DNA from: Callorhinchus milii
Lineage: Eukaryota
NCBI RefSeq assembly: GCF_018977255.1
Contig: NW_024704743.1
Coordinates: 36,954,001-37,018,000, forward strand
Direction of reading: 5' to 3'
DNA: 64,000 nucleotides
Part shown: positions 50,709-61,262 of the stretch, piece by piece
Layout: each line of letters begins with the position of its first letter
Position numbering within the stretch: position 1 is the stretch's first letter
Notes under the pieces: model-generated
Seen by the model: the letters and a program-made list of their open reading frames with translations, nothing else
Told to the model about the DNA's origin: nothing
Databases searched by the model: none
Made by a program: the position numbers and the translations under genes

Positions 50709-52245
50709 TTGTCCACCATCACTTCTCCTAGCCCCTGCATTGTCACGTGTGCGTCCCTCAGGGGTCTGTCCTTGGTCCCCACCTCGTGCTATGACCTGTT
50801 CCGCCTTTCCCCATCTCCACAACATTGCCCGCCTCTGCTTCTCACACAGGCCGCCGAGACACTGATCCAGGCTTTCATCACGTCCCAGCTCAACTACCCC
50901 AACTACGTGCTCTCTGGACTTCCCAACTCTTCCCGCCACAAGCTGCAGATTATCCAAAACTCCGCAACTTGTGTCCTCTCCCGCGCCAGGCTCCGTGAAC
51001 CAATCGCCCCTGTTCTTGCCCGGCTTCACTGGCTTCCCAACCTTCAGAGAATCAAGTACAAAACCCTTGTTCTCACTTTTAAAGCCTGCGCCAGTCTTAC
51101 TCCCCCCCCCAATCTCACCGACATCCTAACCCCATCTCGGCCTGTCCGCTTCCTCCGCCTGGTCTGCTTCATCTCAAAAATGAAGACCACCACCTGCTCC
51201 CTCGACCCCAATCCCCACCCCTCTCCTCACCTCCCACCTCCTGGCCCTTCTTTTAACTGACATCATCAATCCACTGGCACTGTTCCCATCCCCTGAATAC
51301 CAGCCGTCATCACCCCCATTCCGAGAAAACCTTCCCTGGACCCAACCCTCCTCTCCAGCTACCGCCTCCTCTCCAAGGCCCTGGAACAAGTCGTCACATC
51401 CCAGCTTCGCTCTTTCCTCTCCCGCCATTCCCTTTTTGAACCCCTCCAATTGGGTTTCCGCGCTGCCCACAGCTCTGGTCAAAGTCACTAACGACATTCT
51501 GAACATCTGTGACGAGGGCTCTCTCTGCGGCTTTCTCCTCCTCGATCTCTCTGCTGCCTTCGACACTGTCGACCATTGCATCCTCTTACACCTCCTCTCC
51601 TCTCGGCTCAACCTTCGTGGACCTGCCCTCGCCTGGTTCGAATCCTATCTCTCCCACCATCTACAGTTTGTCGCCACTAATTGCTTCTCCAGCCCCCGCA
51701 CCATCACGTGCGGCGTCCCTCAGGGCTCTGTCCTTGGTCCCCTCCTTTTCAATATCTACACACGCTCCCTCTTGGTGACATCATCCGCAACTTCACACGT
51801 ATGCGGATGACACCCGACTCTGTCTCTCTGCCTCCACCCTGGATTCCAGGATCACTGCTGTTCTCACGGACTGTCAGACATCAAGTCCTGGATGACGGGT
51901 ATCTTCCTGCAGTTTAACGCCAACAGACCGAGGCTCTCCCGAATGGCCCCTCCACACCCCCGGGGTACTGACAGCATCACCATCCACGGTTGCACACCCC
52001 ACCCCCACTGAGCCAGTCCCGAACCTCGGCGTCTTGTTTAACCCTCAGTTGTCCTTTCCGCCCCACGTCTGTGCCCCCTCCGCCTTATCCCGAACCTCTG
52101 CAACGGCTCCTCCGCCGCCGTCTCACAGCACCGGCCGCCCTCCGGGCTCCACCACCCAAACCCCCCGCTTGTCGGCCACCCCAACCCCTCCCTCCCTCCA
52201 CCGCTGCGGATCCCCCAGAGCTCTGCTGCCCGTGTGCTCTCCTGA
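50709..52245 (+). mobile_element. Decayed L2 LINE pieces (two segments out of order)
   Basis: [63 protein letters not shown]. Confidence 0.88.
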
Positions 52246-52249
52246 CCCT

Positions 52250-52445
52250 GTCCTGGCGGTGGCGCTCGCGACGACGTTCGCGTCGAACCCGGAAAGCACT
52301 CGGTGCCGCCGGCACGCGGGGCACCATTGATTGACAGGCCGGAAGCACCGCCCCCTCCCGTGACGTATGCGTGTAGGCGTCGTCACTGCGGTGACGTCAC
52401 TGGCGGCCGTTAGTGGCTCCGATTTGAAGAGGGCGCGAGCGGCTG
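52250..52445 (+). promoter_or_regulatory. TMEM42 CpG-island promoter
   Basis: CpG-dense; TGATTGACAG (PBX-MEIS/PREP type, 52328-52337), CCGGAAG (ETS, 52339-52345), GC box about 52348, TGACGTA at 52361, palindromic CRE TGACGTCA (52392-52399) just upstream of the ATG. Confidence 0.75.
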
Positions 52446-52592
52446 ATGGCGGCGCGGGGCCCCGGGCTGGGCGTGGCCATGGCGCTGTGCGCAGGCGCTC
52501 TGGGCGCTCTGGCCGCCACTGCTGCGAAACTGACGCTAACGGGCGATCACCTGAGGCCGGAGAGCAGACAGGAAGCGGCCCCCGGGGAACTG
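52446..52592 (+). CDS. TMEM42: TMEM42 exon 1
   Basis: [31 protein letters not shown]...PGEL|gtgagg. Confidence 0.88.
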
Positions 52593-55500
52593 GTGAGGCA
52601 CACGTTACACACTGGTCTGACACTCACATAGACAGATAATGTCTCTGACCGACTACAAAATAGTGCCCCTGCACTCTGACCTCCTGCCAAATAGTGCCCC
52701 TGCACTCTGACCTCCTGCCAAATAGTGCCCCTGCACTCTGACCTCCTGCCAAATAGTGCCCTTGCACTCTGACCTCCTGCCAAATAGTGCCCCTGCACTC
52801 TGACCTCCTGCCAAATAGTGCCCCTGCACTCTGACCTCCTGCCAAATAGTGCCCTGCACTCTGACCTCCTGCCAAATAGTGCCCCTGCACTCTGACCTCC
52901 TGCCAAATAGTGCCCTGCACTCTGACCTCCTGCCAAATAGTGCCCCTGCACTCTGACCTTCCTCTAAATAGCGCCCCTGCACTCTGACCTACTGCAAAAT
53001 AGTGCCCCTGCACTCTGACCTACTGCAAAATAGTGTCCCTGCACTGTGACCTACTGCCTAAATAGTGCCCCTGCACTCTGACCTCCTGCCAAATAGTGCC
53101 CCTGCACTCTGACCTTCCTCTAAATAGCGCCCCTGCACTCTGACCTCCTGCCAAATAGCGCCCCTGCACTCTGACCTACTGCAAAATAGCGCCCCTGCAC
53201 TCTGATCTGCTGCTAAATAGTGTCCTGGGACTCTGATTCACTGAAAAATAAAGTGTGAGCTCTGGCACAATCATACCTGTCACTCCTTTCTGCTAATGGT
53301 TTATGTTTTTGTTATTAATTTTAAAGTACTGTATGTTGAATGGCAAATACTTTGCTTAAATTGTGAGATTTTGCTGGATTTCAGATACATGTACTACTCC
53401 GAGTGGGCTGTGGTGGTCTGGTATTCCTCTTTAACGCTTTGATGTGGACATTCTTTGCAAAAGCATTACGGTACTCCTCGTCTTCAGCGAGAGCGTCTCT
53501 GACAACCACTGCGTCCAATTTTCTCTCCTCTGTAAGTATGCTCAGCTATTTCATCCCAAGATCCTAATGCCTTTTAATCATTTATTGTAATTGGGACAAA
53601 CTATTTATAATAATCCCTGCATTTGATATAGAGCCTCATCACGTCATTGAGACGTCTCAAAGCGCTTCACCGAATATATTGTAAAGTGTTTTGACTGTAT
53701 GTTTTCTGGGCGAAATGAGGCAAAATCTGCCTCCGCGCACATCAGTGTCCTACAAACAGTCGTGGATGTTCCTCCTGGATCTCTCTGCTGCATTCGACTT
53801 CGTCAACCAGGCCATCCTCCTCCACCGCCTATCCCTCATCCACCTTGGGACCGCACTCGCATGGTTTGAGACCTACTTAACCAATCGCCTCCACTTCATC
53901 TCTGCAAATGGTCTCTCCTCCCGCCCCCGCCCGGTCACTTGTGGGGTACCCCAGGTCTCCATCCTTGGCCCCCTTCTTTTCCTCATCTACATGCTCCCTC
54001 TTTTGGCGATGTCATCCGCAGACACGGGTTAAACTTTCACGTGTATTGGAATGACACACAAATCTACTTTACCTACTCCAGCAGTGACTCCAGGTCTGCC
54101 GATGTCCTTTCAGCTTATCCGGCAGAATTCAGGGCCTGGATGAGTGCAAACTTCCTGCTGCTGAATGTGGACAAGACGGAAGCCATACTCTTTGGCTTCT
54201 TTCAACGTCTTCACTCCTGCAGATCTAAACTCCTCAACCTCCATGGGCTCTCCCACAGACTCACCAAACCAGTGCGCAATCTAGGCGTCCGGTTCGACCC
54301 CCAGCTGTCCTTCCTTCCCCACATCTGGTCCCTGACCAGTACCGCCTTCTTCAGCCTCCGTCACATTGCCCGCCTCCGACTGTACCTTACCCCAAATGCA
54401 GCCAAAACTCCCATGCATGCGTTTGTCACCTCCGACCTGGATTACTTAAGCGCACTTCTCGACGGTTTCCCAGCTCCACTATTCAAAAGATCCAGCTTAC
54501 TCAGATCTCTGCTGCCCGCATGCTGTCCCGGACCAAACTCCGTACCACATCTCACCCGTTCTGGCCCAGGCTCCACTGGCTCCCCATCACCAAACGGATC
54601 GAATTCAAGATCCTCATATGCGTGTTTAAATCCCTTCACTCCCTGGCACCTCCCTACCTCTCCGACCTCCTCACTCCCCAATCCACCACTCGGTGCCTCC
54701 GCTCGACTGGCACAAGCTTCCTGCTCGTCCCTCACACCCTCCACTCCACCGTTGGAGGGTGCTCAATATACGTGGAGGGTGCTGTATAATATAAATCACT
54801 TTGGGGTAGGCCAAAGTTTACCAAAAGTCAGCCAAAACCGACTCACTTACCTGAAGTTTTTGGCGATTGCATTGCCATTTCCAACCACCCACACCCCACC
54901 TGCTGACTGACTGTCTGTCAATCACAAGCCAGCCTCGCTGTGTGTAAAACATGTAATAGAATAGAAATAATGGACTCTACTTGTACTGTAAGAGAGAAAA
55001 CAGTTTGTACCTTAAACTGCAGTGTTCTGTAAATACAGTGACTACACTTTACGTTTTGCTTTTGTTTGGCTCACTGCATTTGCGACAGTTGAGTATTTAC
55101 ATTTCTTACATATAATTTTTGTTAATGGATTATGATTTCTCACATGTTGTCTGTGCTCCCTCTTGTTAAGATAAAGTGGTCACTTGTACAGTATGTTTCT
55201 GGAAATAAGTCCAATTATACTTCGTTGACATGCTCTTGCATTTAGTATATATCAGTGAAGTACAATCGCACTATGTTTAGAGACGTTTGAACATGACTGA
55301 TCAATGAAGAGGTTTACTCTTTCCCACAGTTTTATAGTAAAATAATAATAATCCTTGCATTTGATATAGCAATTTATCACATCTTCAAGACGCCTGAGAG
55401 CCAACAATGAAAATAGTTGCATTGTTGGCTTTCACTTCCACCTATTACTTACAGTACATTATAGGGTGAGGTTTGTTTCCTCACAAACTGTCAATTTTGA

Positions 55501-55714
55501 AACATCCCATAATGGCGTATGGGAAAAGAGATTATTATAATAAAAAGTTATACTAATGACTTTATTTCAGGCATTCCTTGGAAAATTGCTGTTTGGAGAA
55601 GTTCATGCACTGTTGTGGTGGATTGGGATTACAATGACTTTATGTGGGCTGCTGTTGCTCCACACAGCTTCATCTCAGAAGAATCAAAGTGAAAACTCCC
55701 AAAAACACGAATAA
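52446..55714 (+). CDS. TMEM42: Transmembrane protein 42, three coding exons (52446-52592, 53385-53531, 55571-55714), 145 aa
   Basis: [16 protein letters not shown] / [34 protein letters not shown] / [10 protein letters not shown]...[17 protein letters not shown] match TMEM42 as recalled; phase-0 GT-AG introns; lies downstream of KIF15 as in human. Confidence 0.94.
52643..53250. repeat. 31-bp minisatellite, about 19 copies, TMEM42 intron 1
   Basis: Unit ctctgacctcctgccaaatagtgcccctgca, head to tail, no spacers. Confidence 0.95.
53385..53531 (+). CDS. TMEM42: TMEM42 exon 2
   Basis: [34 protein letters not shown]...|gtaagt. Confidence 0.93.
53765..54795 (+). mobile_element. Decayed L2 LINE in TMEM42 intron 2
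   Basis: [42 protein letters not shown]. Confidence 0.9.
55571..55714 (+). CDS. TMEM42: TMEM42 exon 3 (terminal)
   Basis: [31 protein letters not shown]...KHE*; AATAAA at 55727. Confidence 0.93.
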   Translation, partial: AFLGKLLFGEVHALLWWIGITMTLCGLLLLHTASSQKNQSENSQKHE

Positions 55715-55894
55715 GGGGAAGTAAGAAATAAATCACTGAAACGTTACACCACACAATGAAAGTCTATTACAGTCTCCCTGTACATTCAACAAGTCTGCTT
55801 TCCTTTGGCTTTTGATAACTTAGCATTTCTGTGGTTTGGTCACCTGGAATGAGCCCAACAAGGGTAATTACTTTTTGCCAGTGAAAAGAGATGA

Positions 55895-56307
55895 ATAATA
55901 AAATCCTGATATATAAAGCCTTATAACATCATTGAGACACCTGAAAGAGCTTCACATGACGTACTGTAAAGTGGTGTGACTGTATTTTGTGGATGAAACA
56001 CAGCAGCCAATTTGTGTACAGCAATGTCCCACAAATAGGCACGGAACGAGTGACCAATTTTATTTGGGGGATTGTTGGCCGAAACACCGAAAGAAACTCC
56101 CTTCTCTTTTCCAATACTGCCATGGGAGTTTCACATCCACCTGAACAGGCAGATGGGAACTCGGTTTTAGTCTCATTGAAGGAAGACCCTGAGAATGCAA
56201 CACAGCTGTAATGGAGTGTCACCTTAGACTATGTGATTCCAAGTCCTGATGTGAAGCTTAAACCCACAACCTTCTGATTCAGAAGTGAGAGCGCTACCAC
56301 TGAGCCA
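55895..56307 (-). mobile_element. Deu-domain SINE, near full length
   Basis: tRNA-like head, Deu-type body (ccacctgaacaggcag...ctcggttt), 3' half shared with the young SINE. Confidence 0.75.
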
Positions 56308-57737
56308 TTATGTTTCATTAAGTGTTTAGAATATTCCTATCTATGCTTATCCTTTGAACCGTAAGTCAAGTACTATATTTATCCAGCCCTTTGAAAGAGT
56401 TTAGTTTGACAACGCAAGGTTCAAGGCAAAAGAATATTAAAACATATTTGCAGTTTACCTATACAAAGGTATAGCTCACCTCTGCCTATCCTTGAACTCC
56501 ACAATATTTAACCCAATGGTATACCAGATAAAATTGAATTAAATATTATGCAAGTGAAACATTTTGTTATTTTAATGACTTCTTTTCTGACATAATTTTG
56601 ATTGCATTTGGGACAGGTGGAATTTGAAAGAAGGGACTTTTTTAATCTTGTCCTTCAGGAAAGTTGTGCTTTTCAAAATATGTTCTAACATTGCAAAGAA
56701 AAAACTCACCATTTCTGTGAAATTTCTGGTAAATTTAAGATACTTTGAGAACCACAAAACAAGTAATCACCCCCATTGATTTGTATAGTTTGAGGGAATA
56801 GCTTGTCAGTACACAATCTACTAGGTCTATTATAGGATCGGCGTCAGGCTCTGCCGCTGTTAAGTGCTCTTGAGATGCTGCCCCGCGTGAAGGGCGGTAT
56901 ATAAGTACAAGTTGTTGTAGGGAGAAGGTGCTCAATGCTTGATTTTCAGAAGTGGGATTTAGGATTGTAGTTGTTCATGAAACAGTTAACAGCCCAAAGC
57001 CTATTCTATGTGATAATGTAAAATTATACTTAAACAATGTTACTAAATTATTTCTCACCAACAGTAACAAGGAACTTTTTGTTAATTGTTTTCTTGACTA
57101 AAGTATTTGTTTATGAAACAAATGAGAGCAGGAATTTGGCTGAATTTCAGGAATTATACAAATGGCTACATCATTCAAAGTTGTGTGATTTTATGTGACA
57201 ATGTTATGAGATCAAAGTTCTGTATTTGCACGAAATTTTGTCATTCTCACTTGCAACTACCCACGAGAAAAAGCATTCAAGAAAAAACATTCTTTGTGTA
57301 TGAAGCAGAATAACTATTTTAGTTAGCACTGGCTTGGTTTGTAACCATGGTGGAATCTATTGTGTCTAATAGTGTGGGATCATCAAATAAATTTTGAAGA
57401 ATCAAAAGTTCACTGACTGTCATTTTAAATAAATGGTCATTTCTGCAAGCACGTCATTTAAATCAACTGTACACAAAGCGCCCTCACTTTATTTATCTTG
57501 TAGCATGAGCACATTAAATGTTTCTGACTTTTGAATGTTTGTCATTTTAGCACCTATTTTCCACAAGAGTGTATCAGTTCAGGTATGGAGAGTGGCTTCG
57601 GGTGGTATGAACTGCATTTGTTTTCAAATAAACATAAGAGTGCTGACACATTGGTGCTGGTAAACAAAACACAAATGAAGTCAGTTCTTAACAACCAATT
57701 AGCCAGATCCAAGTAACTTCAGTTATACTACAAATTA

Positions 57738-58054
57738 GTGGAGTCCTGTAGCTCAGTGGTTAGAGCACTCGCTTTGCAAGCGAGAGACCTGAGTTCAATT
57801 CCAGGCAGAGGGCGAAACCTCGGGCAAGTTTCCTTACTCCACACAGAGCCCTAATAATAATCCCTCCAAAACAAAAAAACAATAAATTGGTCATTTTCAA
57901 TCTACGACTGTTTGTGGGACATTGCTGTGCGCAATTGGCTGCCGCGTTCACCCACAAATATACAGTCAATTCACTTTACAGTGTGTTCTGTGAAGCACTT
58001 TGGGACGTCCTCCCGACGTGAAAAGTGCTATATCAAATGCAAGGATTATTATTA
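57738..58054 (+). mobile_element. Young tRNA-derived SINE, full length
   Basis: Near-identical to the reverse complement of 19283-19609. Confidence 0.9.
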
Positions 58055-58158
58055 AATTTTAAGATGATATACACAATCTAGTCCACCTGAACAGGCAGGC
58101 GGGAGCTAAGTTTGACATCCAAAGGAGAGCTCTTCCAGTACTGCAATTATAGTGTCAG

Positions 58159-58544
58159 CATCCGACCCGCGGGAATGATTTCTTCCGGCTCGCGAACCAT
58201 TTCTGAACTTAATTATTTATTTTACTTTCACTTGTTTACTCAATGTGATGATTATTCTTGCGAATACAGTATACTTTATTTTATCAAAAGTATACTTTTT
58301 TAATCAAAAAAAACTTTTTTGATAAAAGTATTATTTTAAAATTTCCATGAATTTTTACATTGCCCGTTTAAAGTTTGCATTGTAACTAAAATATAGTGAA
58401 ATTAAGTAATACAGTTGCACAATTTAAAACATTGATTTCTACATGATTCTAACGGTTATACTTCTGGTATTGCTTACGCATTCCGTGGATGTTTCTCTAA
58501 TCCGGCATCCGGCCCTCAGCAGCCAAAAGGTTGGACCACCCTGG
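58159..58544. mobile_element. Probable non-autonomous hAT (Charlie-like) fragment
   Basis: End ccggccctc...aaaaggttggaccaccctg resembles hAT-Charlie termini; interrupts the Deu-SINE motif gtgtcagc|ctagactatg. Confidence 0.5.
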
Positions 58545-59429
58545 CCTAGACTATGAGGTCAAATCCCATTATGGCCCACAAGAAACAAACATGGGAGAAC
58601 AGAGAAAATCAATGAAGAATTTAATTGTGTACGTGAAATGCAAAAAAAAATGGGGACAGACAGAAGACACAAGAAGTAAAAATAAATACAAATCAAATGA
58701 ATATAGATAACAAAACCCCATTACTGTTTGTGGTTTTTACATTTACAACAACATCCGTGTCACATTTTTCCAATTGGTACTACATCAGCTTACACCCGTT
58801 CGGTTCATTGCTGTTATGGGTAATGAATTTTTGTCTTGAATAAAGGTACCTTTATATTTGGGAAAAAATTCTGCTTCTGAAAAAAGGGATTGTCTTTATG
58901 CTTTGAGTTGCTGTTTCCTTTCCCTCACACTCACATGTACACACACACAGCATTTTATATTAGCATTTTTGGTTCGTGGAAATAGGATTTGAATAAATTT
59001 AACTGACATCTGATCACCTGACATCTCAGTCACATCGTGTAGCCATATTATGCGACATATTGACACTGGTCAGAGATATCTTCTGCAGAACATCCCCTGT
59101 CGTATCACAAAGTTGTACTCTAGAACTTTTACCATAATTTAAATTATTCTTCAGTAAATTACAACAATAATTTTACACTGAAAATTATATAAAAAATACA
59201 AATTTGCTCTGGGCATCGGGGGTTTGTAGGCCTTGCAGTGGAAATGGGGGATGGGGCAGTCAGGGTGGACAGCCAGTTGTGCCACAATGTGCCCGGCGGA
59301 GGGATCCCAGGCTGGAACAGAGGGAAGCTGTGGGACGATCAAGGAGGGAGAAGAAATGCGGAGGGTGGTAAGAAAGGAGAATGAAACGGGAGTAATGGAG
59401 GATAGGGGACAGGGAAGGGAGCTGAGGAG

Positions 59430-59735
59430 ATTTTTAATTTATTTTTTGGTTATCTGAGTGTCTGACACATGGGGAAACCCATCACCATACTTAAAGAGTA
59501 TCCAAACCAAACTGAGAAGTCCATGCATCCCACCTACACATGGGAATCCCAGAGATAGATTGTTGGAGTGGAGTGCGCACTCCCTCCCTGGAGGAACGCA
59601 TCCTGCGTACCTAATTCCAGAAAGTATTAGGCGCAGGTTGGCAAGAGCCAAGGCTTGGGGACCCCAGAGTGTGCATTGGGGTATTGCTGGAGTCTAACCA
59701 GCTAAAACCACATAGCTTGCCATTGACATTGCTGT
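59430..59735 (-). mobile_element. Unclassified A-tailed repeat, 3' part
   Basis: Inverted match to 1980-2250. Confidence 0.7.
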
Positions 59736-59973
59736 CTGGCGAGCTGAGGAGAGCAGCGCAGAGGAAGGGATAAGATTCTGGGGCACGAGGAACAAGGCTC
59801 ATAATTGAAAAAAAGCAACAAAATTCAATTGTGGCTAATGGGTAAAATTAATATTAACTATTAAATTATTAAGACTGACAAATTAGTTAAAAATTATAGA
59901 AATACTCTCTTTGCTTCCTTGTTTGTCCCGCTGTCTTGCAAGTCTTGCTTCAGAGCTGAAATTGCCCCTGAAA

Positions 59974-60110
59974 ACTGATCCAGGCTAACACCCAACTGAT
60001 GGAGGTTAATGCCTAACTACTGATCCAGGCTAACGCCTGCCTACTGATCCAGGCTAATGGCTACTAACTTAATCCAGACTAATGCCTACCAACTGATCCA
60101 GGCTAACGCA
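59974..60110. repeat. Degenerate tandem repeat of about 24 bp, about 6 copies
   Basis: Recurring actgatccaggctaa core. Confidence 0.8.
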
Positions 60111-61127
60111 ATAATGTGTTCATTACTGCAGTAATAGCAATGATTCATGTTCCCTACTCACGTTAGCCAATTTGTAAATCACCCCATTTTGGTTAGAATT
60201 GTTGTCTTTCCAGTTTCCAGTGACAGAAATGTGCCTATTATTTAATATGCACAATATTTTAGATATAGTTAGAAGTAAAATTGACTGTAGACTCTCTATT
60301 ATTACACCTAGCATTAGAAACACATGGGTTCATTGCTGTAAGAGTTACTGCTCCAGCGACAGCCAATAATGAAACATGCACATTTCCAATTTGTAGTTAC
60401 TGGAAGATATATCTTTTTGCACTGCCGACATTTCAGATGGCTCAGCAAGTATATAAAAAGTAGAAATGTCTTAATTGCTGTTGCGATCCTTTGAGAAAGG
60501 ATGTTTAGAGTACAATTTGAGGACTCTTAATTATCCCCGTAGGATTTAAAGCTGCTCTCAGTCGATGAATTACATGTCAAAAGGGGAAAGAATTCTTCCG
60601 GGCGTATCGTCACCATGAGGTAGGTGTCTGTGCTTCTGCATCACCACTGAAAGGCAGGGAATTAATAGCAAGTCAATTAGTCAAAGTTTGTAAACAAGCT
60701 CAGCACCAGCACAATTTCTTCCCCCAGTCTGTCTCTGAAGACAATTTCCGCAGAGCACACATGCAAATGTCTGGAGATAAAATATCAGCAATTTTCGTCT
60801 CTTTAGATTGCTGACCTTAATAATGACTGAGGCAGCTTTTTGGAGGATTAGAATCCCAATGTTTCGCAAAATTAAAATAATGGTTAAAACAAACACTCTG
60901 ACATTTCACTTGGATCAAATGAGATGCTTGTTATCTGTTAGGAGAAGGGAGATTTTCCATCAAAAGCTGCACCAATTCCAGGAGGAGCAAGTTCAGAGTA
61001 GATGGAATTAGAACTTCTCTAGAGACAGTTGATTGTCGGCAGAACATTTGTTAGAAACTTCTGAAGGGAAATAGGGTTGTAGGAAGAACGATTCTATAGA
61101 TCTTTGTTTCCCAAGAAGAGAGAGATA

Positions 61128-61262
61128 AATCATAGTGTCATACAATCATAGAATCTTACAGCACAGAAGGAGGCCATTCAGCCCATCATACCTGTGCCGA
61201 CTCTCTGAAAGAGATATCCAACTAGTCCCACTCCCCCGCGCTTATCCTATAGCCCTGCAAAT
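61128..61262 (-). mobile_element. CR1 3' tail fragment
   Basis: atcatagaatcttacagcacagaaggaggccattcagccc; matches the 23940-24027 tail inverted. Confidence 0.75.

Noticed and set aside
52085..52639. Overlapping Arg/Pro/Gly-rich ORFs around the TMEM42 start
   Set aside because: Expected from stop-poor GC-rich sequence; only the 52446 frame matches a known protein and splices correctly.
52660..52700. Minisatellite unit as a CTCF site array (tgcaggggcacta on the minus strand)
   Set aside because: One G short of the AGRKGGC core and lacks the upstream CC; resemblance only.
52643..53250. 31-bp repeat array as a CRISPR array, or as repetitive proteins (minus-strand ORFs 52547-53013)
   Set aside because: Units are contiguous with no unique spacers, the context is a vertebrate intron, and the ORFs are a by-product of a stop-free repeat unit.
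57740..57812. Functional tRNA-Ala genes at SINE heads
   Set aside because: The acceptor stem does not pair and every head is fused to a SINE body and L2 tail.
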